DNA of 64,000 bases from Squalus acanthias (Eukaryota). The notes beneath the pieces were generated by a model. That model was not told the DNA's origin and made no database searches. It saw nothing but the letters and a program-made list of their open reading frames with translations. A program made the translations under genes and the position numbers. Where the stretch lies: contig CM059432.1 in assembly GCA_030390025.1 (NCBI GenBank), positions 40,984,001 to 41,048,000 on the forward strand, read 5' to 3'. The stretch's first letter is position 1. The number at the start of each line of letters is the position of its first letter. Positions 36,441-50,228 of the stretch are shown here, in pieces.

Positions 36441-39273
36441 ATTCTTCTTGCAACACCTGCGACATAAAGAGACTCCAGCTTCAAGTGGTAGCATTGGCTT
36501 TGAATTGTTTCAAAGGCAATGTATATAGTGTTGCTACGGAGATAGGAACTGACAGCACAATCGTGTCAACAAGCAGGGCAGGCAAAATGTCATACAAATA
36601 CAGCACTGGTTCAAGGTGCATGAGGAAAAGGCAGTGCTCCGAGAGTGGTGAATGAATTCCATCTGCATACGAAATTCATATAGGTTCCATATATATCTGC
36701 GGAGTTCACCATGGTCAACAGTTTGGATAAACTTGTCATTCAGCAGAAATTGTCTCATTGAATAAATCCACTAACTTACAGCAGAGTTATCTCCTAGTAT
36801 GGTATTCATTCTAGATTCTAAAAGTTGTGTTAGAGGCTAGTTGCATGTGTAAGCTTCAATTTCCTGTAATTGGCTACAAATTGATGTTTACATCAATTGA
36901 TGAGTACAGCTTGAGTTATGCTCGTCCCTGCCAGAGACCAGCCCTCTCTTAATATATACTATTTGGAGAATATTATGTGGACAATGGCTAATGAAGATAA
37001 TGTTCTAATCTTTAGTAATGAGGAATATTGTATCTAAAGTGAATCATTTCTTTTGGTATCACTCAATTTACTTCTGTATGTGATTGGTTTACCTTCCCTC
37101 CCATATCCTTCAAATTACTTAAAGGCTGATTTTGTCCAGTAACATTTACCTTTATGTTTAGCCATTAAAACCAAGTTGTGAAGTTATATTTCTCATAATA
37201 TGCATTTTGATACTGTATTTTTTCCTAATACAATTTCCCATTCACCATCCTCGCCTGACTATAAGAGAATGATCGAGAGTATAATTCAAATGTTCAGCGT
37301 TTACTTGTACCATAGAATTATCTACACCCAAATGTCCCATCTCTAGTTTTTCAACTAGCTTTCACTTGCTTCTGAACACTCCATCCTACACCAGCATCCC
37401 TGCTCCCTTACTGCACGAATTATTAACCACCTTGAACTGGCTCAATTAATTAATTTCTTGAAAGCTGGTTTCTTCCACTTCGTTTCAGAATTGCTGACAC
37501 TTGTGATTATTACCCATTCTTTACCTAGTAGCTTGTTCTCTAAAACTGTTTCCTTTCCCACTCCAAAAATAGCCCAACAATGGCTTTACATCAGCTGGAG
37601 CACCTCCATCCCTAAAAATGAGAGAGAACTTAATATTAACAGTGTTGCCAACTGAGCCAAGCAAATGCACTTAAAATATTAAATACAATATAAAATATTA
37701 AGTACCTGGAGCTCTGCTAATGGCCTTGTGAGTGAAGCCATTATTATAAAGACCACAAAATCCTGGATTTGATTCCTGAGTATGTGCTGATTGAGGTAAT
37801 TATAGTGGGCACTAGAAATGACTCGAATGCCTCTGGGCTAAAGAGGGGGGAAAAAATCAGCCATGCTTTTTGCTCCTCATTGCTTTCCAGTGATCTCTGC
37901 TGGATCATAAATTGTGTAGCCACCGGCTGAGAACAAGACCAGGCTTGGCTATAATGTTTCTTGCAGTCGAACAGGCTTTTGACCCTCGCATTCTAGGCTC
38001 ATACTAGAAGGTGGCCACTTAGAAGAGTTAATGGTGGGTTGCTAGTGCCCATAGAATCACAACCCCAACAACTTGGTGCCTTCATAAGAGGGAGGGAGAA
38101 AATTGGAAACAAACTGTAAACGTAGTACACTTAAATATTCTTGCTGTTGTTTAGGCAAGTGGATGTATTAAATAATATTATTGCAAAGTTGTCGAGCTAT
38201 AAGTCTACACAGTACCTTTTATTTGCTGTGTGTTTTTTAATGACCGTTTCATTTGTTATTCAAGTCGTATCGTTGGTCAGGGACTGGCACATTAACATTT
38301 CTAATTCTAATTTTCCGAGTTTAAATTTCACCTTTTCATAAAATAATTAATGTAGATGTACATTCAAGATGTTGAAAGGATTAACACAATATTATAAGTG
38401 AGTGACTATAATCTCATTTTGACAAAATGCAAAAACTATATTGCCTATGCATACATGAAAATATAACATTCAATGTCACTTCCAGTTATTCTACTGACAA
38501 AATGATATACATACTAACATATGAACACTCATTGTGTCCCATAAATAAACTAATTCCCAGTCTCCAGTCAGCTACAGATACATTTTAAATCTCATGCACT
38601 TGGCTGCAAAATGTAAGAATCAAAATTGGCCACCTTGCTGCAAGAATAAGTTTCACTGCAGCTAAAATGTTTCATCTGCAGATTATTTTGTGAATTTAAT
38701 TTTAACAGTATCACAATTGTGCTTTCTGATGAATAAACAACTTTTTTAAAGTCCCTTTCATTTCTACAGAATTTCATTTGTGCGGTGGTATTTCAAGCCC
38801 TTTTTATGCAGCAAACAGTCTGGATGAATGGGGTACTACAATACTACATTTCATATTTATATCTGTTTGCACAGTATTTAACTGTTAACAAAAGTCAAGG
38901 ATATGCAACAGAAAAGATGGCATCCTCCTGTTGGGAAGGATGCCCACTGCAGCTCTACTTACCCAGGATAGTAGTGGGAAGCATGCTATGGTTTGGCTTG
39001 TAAATCATTCTCCCACTCCTCTGTGCATAGCTGTTTGTCTTCTTGTGGCTTTTTGACCTTCTAAACATGTGCCATTTCCCCACTCCTTGGGAAGCTCTGC
39101 TATGTCTGTGTTTAATGATTGCATGGTGAAGGTATATTCATTACAAAATATTTAAGTACATTAGAGATTGAGGCAACTCTTTTCAGCTGTAATTTGTGTC
39201 CGTTTTTCTAATGCATTGTGTGTTTAATAGTTATTTCTAGAGTGATTTTTGAAGAAAGTTATTTTTACTGTAG

Positions 39274-39408
39274 GAAATTACAGCCGTCGTGAAGGAGGAC
39301 GTGGCTCAAGCTGGAGTGCCCAGAATAGCCCCCGCGGTACATACAGTGAAAATCGAGGTGGTCAAAGCAATTTTAACAAAGGTCCGCCATCAAGACAGCC
39401 TTCAGCAG
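39274..39408 (+). CDS. VIRMA: VIRMA penultimate coding exon
   Basis: ag|GAAAT...GCAG|gtaagg, 135 nt (phase 1-1); NYSRREGGRGSSWSAQNSPRG...RGGQSNFN. Confidence 0.97.
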
Positions 39409-39509
39409 GTAAGGCTGCTGTAGTGAAAATCTAATTGCAGTTCTGCACACACAAGTCCCTACTGCTTACGTTAAAATATTTATATATTTTTAATATGGAT
39501 AAATTACGG

Positions 39510-40212
39510 AAGAAGATTCATGTCCTTGTACATGAATCACAGAAAGTTAACATGCAGGTACAGCAAGCAATTAGGAAAGCAAATGGTATGTTAGCTTTTG
39601 TTACAAAGGGATTGGAGTATAAGAGTAAAGAAGTCTTACTACAATTATACAGGGCACTGGTGAGGCCACACCTGGAGTACTGTGTACAGTTCTGGTCTCC
39701 CTACCTAAGGAAAGACATACTTGCCTTAGAGGGAGTGCAGCAAAGGTTCACTAGACTGGTTCCTCGGATGAGGAGAGATTGAGTAGACTAGGCCTATATT
39801 CCTTAGAGTTTAGAAGAATGAGAGGTGATCTAATTGAAACACATAAAATTCTTAAGGGGCTTGACAGGGTTAATGCTGGGAAAATGTTTCCCCTGGCTGG
39901 GGAATCTAGAACACTGGGTCACAGTCACAGAATAAGGGGTAGGCCATTTAGGACTGAGATGAGAAATTTCTTCACTCAAAGGGTTGTGAATCTTTGGAAT
40001 TCTCTACCCCAGAGAGCTGTGGATGCTCAGTTGTTGAGTATATTCAAGACAGAGGTCGATTACATTTTTGGGAACTAAGGGAATTAAGCGATATGGGGAT
40101 AGTGGAGGAAGGTGGAGTTGAGGTAGAAGATCAGCCATGACCTTGTTGAATGGTGGAGCAGGCTTGAAGGGCCAAATGGCCTACTCCTGCTCCTATTTCT
40201 TATGTTCTTATT
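39510..40212 (+). mobile_element. CR1 3' fragment
   Basis: ORFs 39435..39782 and 39779..40078; tail ctcctatttcttatgttctta. Confidence 0.9.
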
Positions 40213-41527
40213 ATGTAAGAATCCAAATGGCCAGAGATAGATGGGGAAGGCACACAAACCAAAGATTTCAAGTTGGGCAGCTTTTGCTCAGCAGAGGTTT
40301 GGTGCCCTTTGTTTTACAGCAAATACAATCAGCAAATACTGACATTTCTTATTGAAATGTCTTGCGCATAGTAAGCAAAGGAGACAGTGATTTGTTTGGA
40401 AGAGTGGCAACAATTACCAAATGTGTGATGACACACCACTAAAATATTGAGTGGAGAGCATCAAGTAATAAAATATTTTAACATGATGTAAAAGCACAGA
40501 AGAACAATTTACTGGCCTATTCTGCATTTGTAAATATAAGTGTTTAATAATTTACTTGTAAATAAATGTCTGTGTGGTTCTACTTAGCGATCAAAGATTA
40601 CCAGTTGTATCTGAACTAGTATGGATTTCACAGAAAAGCACTGCTGGACCTGTATGTGAACTATACCAATGGAAGTAAAAACTGGGAAAACAGCAATAAA
40701 AAAGAACAGTTAGAACCAATGTTGTCTCACTTCACCCCAGGCAATATATATGATCTCTTGGACACTCACATTTTTGTACCTCCAGAAAAAAGTGTTTTTT
40801 TTTATATAAGGATGCACCAATGCAGTGCCTGCAAAATACAATTTTTTAGTAATATAGGATTAAAGCTGCCTGTTCGGTTCTGAAAGTTTCTGTCCCTGCC
40901 ACCCCACCATTGGATAACTAGTTACTAGGCACTAGTTGGTGATACTACACCACAGCATCAGACTTCTTAATTAGAAGTCAGAGTGCAAATCCAACACTTA
41001 TACTTGGTGCCTGTTGGTCTTCATTTAAACTGATCTCCAGTTTTGATAGAATTTTACATTCTCTGTAAGCGGGGAAGTGACCAGAAACTCCATTCTGATA
41101 TTTATAGTGTGATAAAGAGCAATACCCATATCAGTGAAGATATGCTTTGACTAGAATGTTCATATTTCTATCCCAGGTGGATATTTTTTGAGGTTGGCAG
41201 GAGGAGACAACCTGGAGTACATAGTATAAGGCAGTAGTTACAGTAGGGTTAAGGGTGATATGATCCTCACTCAACTTCATTGAAAAATGGGCTCCTTCAG
41301 AAGATTGTTATAATTTATACCGAATTAAATGATGGATTAGTAACCCCCTTGTGTTTAAAAACCATTAACATTTTTGGGGGTTTTTTTACACCTGGGGAAT
41401 GTTACAAATTAGAACCTGTGATTTGCTTTTGTAGCCAAAGTCACTCTACTCCCTACACTATTTAAATAATTATCCCTGCTTTATAATCGAAACTTGACAA
41501 ATATTTTGCTGGTGTTTTGTTTTTCAG

Positions 41528-41664
41528 GATATCGTCAGAGTCCCCGTGATCGCACATCAAGAGGTCGAGGAGCAGGACCATCATGGGGAGGAGGCGGCTC
41601 AAGAGGAAAGTTTAGTGGAGGAAGTAGCGGAAGGGGTAGACACGTGCGATCCTTTACCCGCTAA
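41528..41664 (+). CDS. VIRMA: VIRMA last coding exon
   Basis: ag|GATAT...CGC TAA; YRQSPRDRTSRGRG...SRGKF...GRGRHVRSFTR* matches the VIRMA C-terminus. Confidence 0.98.
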
Positions 41665-41887
41665 ATGGAGATTTTTGCACGTTTTCTTTATCTGTGAACA
41701 AGTAAATGTTTTTTTCCCCTCAAGACGATGAAGTGTGTGAGAGATTCTGTAGTGGAGTTTGTGGCACTGAAGGACCAATATTTGACTCCAGTAATTTCTG
41801 GTAGTGAGATTTAGTTTCAAGAAAAGTGGATATTTTCGTTGAAGAAATTTGGAAGATGTTGTCCTTTTATAGCAGTATTGAAATTTT

Positions 41888-41893
41888 AATAAA
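41888..41893 (+). promoter_or_regulatory. Candidate proximal VIRMA polyadenylation signal
   Basis: AATAAA about 220 nt after the stop, with a GT/T-rich tract downstream. Confidence 0.55.
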
Positions 41894-43081
41894 ACTGATC
41901 ATCAAAAAAGGCAAGTGTTTTTTTAATTTAATTTTCATAATTGATGAGATCATTAACTGTGAATGAAAGAGGTGCCATACAAAATTTCATTAAGAGATCA
42001 TGGCAGTATGCCATCTTCCATTCAATTACATTGTGCCTTAGAGTTATGTACTGATCCTCAGACATTACAGTCCTGCATTCTCAGAATCCATCCATGCTGG
42101 TTTCCTCAATTTTACTGGAGACTAAATGACAGAGCAGTTCAGACTTGTAAAATACATTTACAGCAAAAAAGTGCTTAAGATTATAGATGACTGAACAGAT
42201 CTGGAACCCCATACTAAACTATTCCATCTGAGCACTTTTTAATCCTACAGATCTCAATGAGGGGATATCCTCTGAAACCAAATAGCTTAAAATCAAGTAA
42301 ATGCCATCTTTTTGCAGGTTTTTATCCTAGAAACCTGGGGATACACTGGTAATTTAAGCATTAGACCAGCTGAACATAAAATTACAGATTTTACATTCTT
42401 CATTCGCAATCCTCCAGACTAGCAGTATAAAAATGTTATACTGTAGATAGGTGGTGCTACACCTGGTGTCCTATTCTTGCTTTGTATAAAGCGTCCAAGA
42501 CCTGCTTCATTGTGCCAGTTTAATATTCCCCAGTTAAGGGATTCTTTGTTTCTTATGTCAGAACTCATGTCCCCTACAGAAATAAGTTAGTCATACATTA
42601 GACCATCAATCATTCTGGTAGTTTGTACAGCTAGTCTGGATCTTTGTGTTTCATTTTTAGGTTGATCAGAGTGTTAAGGCATTAACACCAGTTGGCAACA
42701 GCGCAGAAAATACTATGCTGTTATTTTCAGGACAGGCAGACTAAAGAAAGGCTGCAAGGGGGAATTTACCTAGGTATAGCCCCTGAAAATCAGATATGCT
42801 CAGGAAAAATGGACACTAATCCTTTCTCCCTCCCCCATTATGTGCCTGGATAACAATGCAGCAGAATTTCCAGGCTGGATTTTCAGGTGGTTGAACCTGA
42901 CTGCCTGAAGAGGGCAGAGCAATATAAATCACATGCAGATGACTGTCAAACACCTGTGCACTTAGATTTTCTACTCTGGTGCCTGTTATGGTTCAGGGGA
43001 AAACTGCTCCCAGAGCTGCCACTTTAATGCTACTTGTCTTAAGGGACAAGCTAGTATTGCCAAGAAAGGTCTTTACTTTTT

Positions 43082-43087
43082 AATAAA
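43082..43087 (+). promoter_or_regulatory. Candidate distal VIRMA polyadenylation signal
   Basis: AATAAA preceded by a T-rich tract, at the end of a repeat-poor stretch after the stop. Confidence 0.35.
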
Positions 43088-43189
43088 TTGTTTTGCAGCT
43101 TCAGTACTTGTTACAGAATGCTGTTAGTCCTTTACATGTATTGGAAGCTAGAATGGCAATGAAAGGCTACACAGTAGCAGGTGGCATCG

Positions 43190-43440
43190 GGAGTAGCATT
43201 ACTCCCGGTTTCACGTGCTAGTAAGTACAGGAATAGAAGGATAGAACAGATGAATGTGTGGCTGGAGAGATGGTGCAGGAGGGAGGGCTTTAGATTCTGA
43301 GGCATTGGGACCATTTCTGGGGAAGGTGGAACCTGTACAAGCCGGATGGGTTACACCTCAACAGACGGGACCAATATTTTCGCAGGGAGGTTTGCTACTG
43401 CAGTTGGGGAGGGTTTAAACTAGCTTGGAAGGGGGATGGG
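43190..43440 (+). mobile_element. CR1 ORF1 (SGNH esterase) C-terminal fragment
   Basis: WLERWCRREGF..HWDHFWGRWNLYKPDGLHLN...FATAVGEGLN* with frameshifts. Confidence 0.8.
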
Positions 43441-45699
43441 CACCAGCATGTAGGAGTGGAGGGGAGGAATGGGGTGCATGGAAGAGTTGAGTGTATTGGA
43501 TGGTACTGGGGGGAAAGGTAGTGCTGGAGGCGGAAGTACTACCATATTAGATAGGAGCAGACTAAGAATGACTATCAAAAATGGGTTTAGAATGCATGTA
43601 CGTAAACGCACAAAGTGTGGTGGAGCAGCCGACCATCTGCACATCATAGCAACATTTGTATATGTCTCCCCAGCACCCATCAAGCAAGACTAAATTCCTT
43701 TAAGTATCTGAGATGATTATTTGAAGAATGGAGATCCTGGGGACAAGTTTGTTGGCGGGTGGAGGGTCTCCCACTCCCCCTCCACCATTGTAACTTTAGC
43801 GGAAGATCAGGGTAACCCTGAAGAAACAGCATCAGTGGATATTTTTAGCTGTGTATGCTGTTTCTCCAGGGGTTTTGCTGAAACTCCAGCCACCTACCTT
43901 TACCAGTCTAATTGAAATAATTAATACAAGGGTGTTCATTTATCTCCGTCTCCAGTGGGGTTTAAAAAACCTCAATATATTTACACTTCATTCATTTACT
44001 GCCTAATTACAAACCTGTGATTTAAATAATGTATTTGTATCCAACAAGAGTTATATAAGTTGTATCCCTAAAATTGTCAAAGATAGGCTACTCTAACAAA
44101 AAAATCTACCAAGTGACATCAACTCATCTAGTTAAGGCATTTTTGCCCTTAAAAACACAGACTTCAATGCCTAGACTTGTTGCACTCTGTTTTAGTGTCA
44201 GTGGGAGAAAGGTCAATGCATGGATTGGCATAACTGTCTTTATTTTAAACACCAACAAATATATTGTACCACTTTTAGTTTTGATGTGTTGGCTGGTTTC
44301 TTTAACTACTGATTTTTTGCCATAGGAAGAATAAGTACCTCTTAAGGCTATATGGTTAAAGTGCAAACACAATAGTTGGATCTAATCCATTGATATAATC
44401 AGTGATTGTTGCTTGCTTTGTTTCTATCCAGTTGTGGAAGATGTTTAACAGGCAGTAGAAGTTGTTGCGAGGTAACAATGTCCATCCTCTGGATAACATA
44501 AAAACTTTTAATGATGTTCCACAATATCACCCCAAATTTGATATTCTTTTGTTGACTTCCGGCAGCAATACTTGAAGTGAGATCCTCTGAGAAGTTCAGC
44601 AGAGAATGACTTAGAAATGTCAATTTCTGAGGAAGGAATTACAGAGAAGAAACCAGCATTAAAAAATTGTACTTTAAACTTTGTTGCAGGTGTGAAATGT
44701 ATTTTTTTTTAATTGTCTGGGAGAGTACCTATCTGATACAGTATCCCCTGAAGGGTTTAGCATCCCCATTTTATATAATTAATTTAAATCGGATATGGTG
44801 GAAGAATATATATTAGATAGTATAAGATGCATAGTGGAGTTAGGCTTCAGGTTTGACATCTAGTGGTTTTCACAGCATTTTCTTGTCTTCTTGATTACCT
44901 TATCTTTATCATTTATGTCACCTTTCATTAAACCAATACCTTTACTTGGATCTGATGTGTATTCAAGCACTCTCATCTACAGTGCTCAACCCAGATGTCT
45001 GGATCTGTTGATGGTAGAATGTATACTGGTCCAATGTAGCAACATCTTATTTCACACTGTTCCAATTTGTCTCCATGTAACCACATCCTAATTTTAAAGA
45101 CAATAGCAAAACACTGCATGGATGTAGACTAGTGTTGCATCTGCATTGCCAGTTTTCCACTTTGGCAGTAAACCAATAAATAAAAGCAAGGTAGGCAGCA
45201 CTGCAGCTGTCAGAGCTGATGCACAATGTTCAGAAGTGGTTTCTAGTGACACCTCTGGCAGCACAACCATCCCATTTAAATGGAAAGGCCATTTTTACTG
45301 GCCACAGAGGAATTCTTTTCCTCCCTCCCTAAGTTTAATGACATTCTAAATCCCCCATGATGAACAATTGACAAGGTCACATCTACCCCAACTAGTGCTT
45401 AATTACTTTGTGAAAGAGTTATCAAGGCTGGGACCTTCTCTTTGGATTTATATCAACTTCACCTAATTCCTATCTGGTACGGTAACCCCTTAAGGGTTTA
45501 GCATTACCACATCTATCCATACAGAGACAAATGGCTGATTAGAACTTTCATGGGAAAAATAGTGTTACTCACTGTGTACTTACTATGACCTGGAGTTTCT
45601 TTATAAACCAGTGAAATCGCAACTGGACTCTCTGCAGGATCTTCTGTTCATAAGCATTTGGTTTTAAAGACCTTCAGATTACAAACATCTACATTTTTT

Positions 45700-46915
45700 T
45701 TCATTCATTCATGGGATGTGGCATCGCTGGCAAGGCCAGCATTAATTGCCCATCCCTAATTGCCCTTGAGAAGATGGTGGTGAGCCGCCGCCTTGAACCG
45801 CTGCAGTCCGTGAGGTGAAGGTACTCCCACAGTGCCGTCAGCGAGGGAGTTCCAGGATTTTGATCCAGCAACGATGAAGGAATGGCGATATATTTCCTGC
45901 TGCCCTTGTCCTAGGTGGTGGAGGACGCGAGTTTGGGTGGTGCTTCCGAATAAGCCTTGGTGAGTTAGAATCATAGAATGGTTACAGCACGGAAGAAGGC
46001 CACTCGGCCCGTTGAACCCATGCCGGCTCTCTAAGAGCACTTCAGCTAGTCCCACTCCCCTGCCCTTTCCCCGTCGCCCTGCAAATTTCTTTCCTTCAGA
46101 TACTTATCCAACTCTCTTTTGAAAGCTGTGATTGAATCTGTGTCCACCACCCTTTCAGGAAGTGCATTCCAGATCTTTACCACTCGCTGCGTAAAAAAGT
46201 TTTTTCTTACGTCGCCTTTGGTTCTTTTGCCAATCATCTTGTAGATGGTACACACTGCATCCACGGTGCACCAATCAAGCGGGCTGCTTTGTCCTGGATG
46301 GTGTCGAACTGCTTGAGTATTGTTGGAGCTACACTCATCCAGGCAAGTGGAGAATATTCCATCACACTCCTGACTTGTGCCTTGTAGATGGTGGAAAGAC
46401 TTTGGGGAGTCAGGAGGTGAGTCACTCGCCCCAGAATACCCAGCCTCTGACCTGCTCTTGTAGCCACAGTATTTATGTGGCTAATCCAGTTAAGTTTCTG
46501 GTCAATGGTGACGTCCAGGAAGTTGATGGTGGGAGATTCAGCAATGGTAATGGCGTTGGCTACCAAGGGGAGGTGGCTAGACTCTCTCTTGTTGGAGATG
46601 GTCATTGCTTGGCATTTTTGTGGCGTGAATGTTACTTGCCACTTATCAGCCCAAGCCTGAATGTCATCTCGGTCTTGCTGCATGCGGGCACGGACTGCTT
46701 CATTATCTGAGGAGTTGCAAATGGAACTGAACACTGCTATCATCAGCAAACATCCCCACTTCTGACCTTATGATGGAGGGAAGGTCATTGATGAAGCAAC
46801 TGAAGATAAGCCTAGGACACTACCCTGAGGAACTCCTACAGCGATGTCCTGGAGCTGAGATGATTGGCCTCCAACAACCACAATCATTTATCTTTGTGCT
46901 AGGTATGACTATAGC
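45700..46915 (-). mobile_element. 3' part of the second LINE family (same as 60318-63045), interrupted by a CR1 tail at 45967-46236
   Basis: ORFs 46234..46749 and 45756..46055 (SWNSL...AAHHHLLKGN); tail gccacatcccatgaatgaatg on the - strand. Confidence 0.88.
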
Positions 46916-47109
46916 CAGAGGGCAACTCAGAATAATTTCCTTTGTTCCAAGGCTTCGGTGGAACACTTCCTCGGAACTGGCTGTGGGAATTTAAGTAGTA
47001 TCGGACATTAGGATGCTGGAATTTTTTTTTCCATTAATCACTTTGCACCATGTTAAAAGTTTCTTCCTTGTTAAAATGGGAGCTTACTTGCAAGGCAAAT
47101 GCACCCAAG

Positions 47110-48108
47110 GCTGGTGTCTCCCAAGGATCTATCCTTGGCGCTCTCCTATTTCTCATCTACATGCTGCCCCTTGGCGATATCATCCGAAAACACAGCGTCA
47201 GCTCCACCTCACCCCCACTTCTCTCGCCCCCTCCACTGTTTATAAATTGTCAGACTGCTTGTCCGACATCCAGTACTGGATGAGAAGAAATTTCCTTCAA
47301 CTAAATATCAGGAAGACTAAAGCCATTGTCTTTGGTACCTGCAACAAACTTCGTCCCTCTCCCTGGCATCTGTCTGAGGCCGAACCATACTGTTCGCAAC
47401 CTTAGAGTCATATTTGACCCCGAACTGAGCTTCTGACCACATATCTGTACCATCACGAAGACCGCCTATTTCCACCTCTGTAACATTGCCCAACTCCACC
47501 CCTGCCTTAGTTCATCTGCTGCTGAATCCCTCATCTATGCCTTTGTTACCTCTAGACTTGACTATTCCAACGCACTCCTGGTCGACCTCCACGTTCTACC
47601 CTCTAAACTTGAGGTCATCCAAAACTCTGCTGCCTTTGTCCCAACTCGCACCAAGTCCCGTTCACCCATCACCCCTGTGCTCGCTGACCTACATTGGCTC
47701 CCAGTTAAGCAACGCCTCAATTTCAAAATTCTCATCCTTGTTTTCAAATCCCTCCATGACCTCGCACCTCCCTATCTCTGTAACCTCCTCCAGCCCCACA
47801 ACCCTCCGAGATATCTACGCTCCTCTAATTCTGGCCTCTTGAGAATCCCTGATAATTGCTCAACCATCGGTGGCCGTGCCTTCAGCTGCCAAGGACCTAA
47901 GCTCTGGCATTCCCTCCCTAATCCTCTCTGCCTCTTTCCTCTTTTAAGATGCTCCTTAAAACCTTCTCTTTGACCAAGCTCTTGCTCATTTGCCCTAATA
48001 TCTCCTTATGTGGCTCTGTGTCAAATTTTATTTTATAATGCTTCTGTGAAGCTCCTTGGGACGTTTTACTATGTTATAGGCGCTAGATAAATACAAGTTG
48101 TTGTTGTT
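47110..48108 (+). mobile_element. L2 LINE 3' fragment
   Basis: Collinear with about 430-1473; ends ataaatacaa(gtt)n. Confidence 0.9.
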
Positions 48109-48190
48109 GATGATTCTGAGAAAGTCTCATTGGTATGTCAATCTGTTGGAACCAAGGATTGTTTTGCTCTTATGAAGTTTAAAGATATTA

Positions 48191-48347
48191 GGGTAACTTT
48201 GTGAGATTTCACTCCTGGCCAGGAGCCTCGCTAGACAGAGGAGTATGGTTGGCAGAATCACACCTATAGTATTGCAGCTCTATCTGCAATCCATGCACCT
48301 GTCTAGCGAGGCTACATGCCAGGAGCAAAAACTAACAAAACTACCCC
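48191..48347. mobile_element. Palindromic (foldback) MITE-like element
   Basis: Inverted arms of about 65 bp, with a perfect 15-bp core AGCCTCGCTAGACAG (48224-48238) / CTGTCTAGCGAGGCT (48299-48313). Confidence 0.75.
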
Positions 48348-48664
48348 TTGAGTCTCCAATTAATCTATGCGCCTGTCTACAATCTGACAAGATTCGACAA
48401 TGCAGTTGCAAGACTAGACTCTAAAATTAAAGGCCAGTTTTCCTTTTGGAGGCAGAATTGCTTGCTATTTATGTAGGAAATGCCTTATATTTTGTCCCAG
48501 GAATAAGGAGAGTAGAACTCATGTTTTCAATAGCCTATCTCTGGCTTCGTGTACCCTCAGTTTCCCTCCATCCACAGTATCTTATAGAAATCATTGAAAT
48601 CACAATGCTCAGATTTGAGGCAGATATGTGCCATCTGTTCTCATTGCAGGATTAACATTTGGGT

Positions 48665-49360
48665 ACACTAGCCTAGTAATTGTATTGCTTTAGTAACCGA
48701 GTGACAGTGGGGGAGAAATTCGCAGGCTCCCCATTTTCCAATGTAAAATCGATGTTAGACGTCCAAACTTTGCGTTGTGATCGGCTGTACCAGAACTGCC
48801 CTGGAAGTCTGCCTTAAAAGGGACAGCTGGAGGCTGTTCAAAAAAAGGCCCAGAAAATTATCACTTTTTATTGTTGTGGGCCCAGGAGAAGCAGGAGTGC
48901 TCCTCCTGGGTCCACATTAAAAACTCCGGCCCACTGGCACCTCAGTGTAGGAATCAGTCAATTTCCCGCCCCCTCCAATCTATAGCCTGTTTCGATTGCG
49001 CAACTCAACGATGGCATTAAAATGAGGCCCAATGACAAATTTGTCTGAGGCCTCAAGCTGCACACGTGGAGCCGTTGCTCCACTGACTTTGTGCCAGTCC
49101 GTTTTGGGAACAAATTGAATTTCTTGGCCAATGAGTTCAAATCCCAGCATAGCAAACTGTGAAACTGAATTCAATAAATCTGGTAATTTATTGGGTAGTA
49201 TCAGAAAACTGCCAGATTGTTGTAAACACGTAACTGGTTCACTAATTTCCTTCACTGAAGGTAACCGAGAACCCCAGATGACTCCAGTCCCGCACTGTGG
49301 TTGACTCTCATTGCCCTCGGGTCCCCCAGGGATAGTGCTGCCCACATCCCAAGAACAAAA
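48665..49360 (+). mobile_element. Degenerate tRNA-derived SINE interrupted by a MITE (48709 to about 49128)
   Basis: MITE starts GGGGGAGAAATTC, as at 1735, and ends GAATTTCTTGGCC; the SINE resumes gagttcaaatccc...ggttcactaat...gcccacatcccaagaac. Confidence 0.6.
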
Positions 49361-50228
49361 CTCATTAATATGTGGCAAGATCATGTTTGAAAATGTAGCA
49401 TTCCACTTAGCTTGTTACGGTATTACTGAGATATGATGCATACGGTGACAGTACCTAGTTTGCCCTAGATCAATGTATATATGAGAAATTTGAATTAGTA
49501 TCATAAGAGTTGGATTAATTACCTTAGAATGGAAACATCCTTCACCTATCATTAGGACTCAGCCCAGGTCCCACCTAGGAAGATCATAGTGCTTCATACA
49601 TGTAGAGGGGCTTCTGGAGTGCCCCCTGGGTTGAACCCCCCAGAGAGAAGGTTGAATACTTGTAACACAATATAAGAGTACAGTGGGATCGAGCTGGTTC
49701 CTGCTACTTGAAGGATGCTACCATTCAGAGAATAGAAGGGAAATAATGCTACTTTTTTCTTGATTGTAGTATCATCCAATTATCACTTGGATTTTGACTA
49801 AGTAGTACCCTTTAAGGAAGAGGGTGGACCCTTCACATGAGATGCGACAGTTGCATTCAAAATACATCTATCAAAAATAAAATCTTCATCAAATATTAAT
49901 ATTTGATGGAAATGAACAGGCTGTTTCAAGTAACAGCTTTACTGATTCTCCTCAAAGGAACAAATTTGAGGTTGGCTCAGAACATGGCACTAGAATAAGT
50001 CAAATGACTCCTTTGACTAAATACTAATGCGAAACATAGCTACTTAGTTTCTACTTAGAGAATAGCTTGCCACTTGGTGTTGGGTATTGGAGTTCTGCCA
50101 TTATGCATGAAACTACTTGTTAAATGTTCTGTCCTTTGGGCGAAGAGGAAAAAATTAGAACCATTTTAAAAAAATGAATATTTCTGAGGGAGCTGTTTCC
50201 TATCACCAATTCTGTAACTTACCATTTC

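Noticed and set aside
41546..41731. Acidic 61-aa ORF
   Set aside because: It is an alternative frame of the last VIRMA exon; the RHVRSFTR frame is the conserved one.
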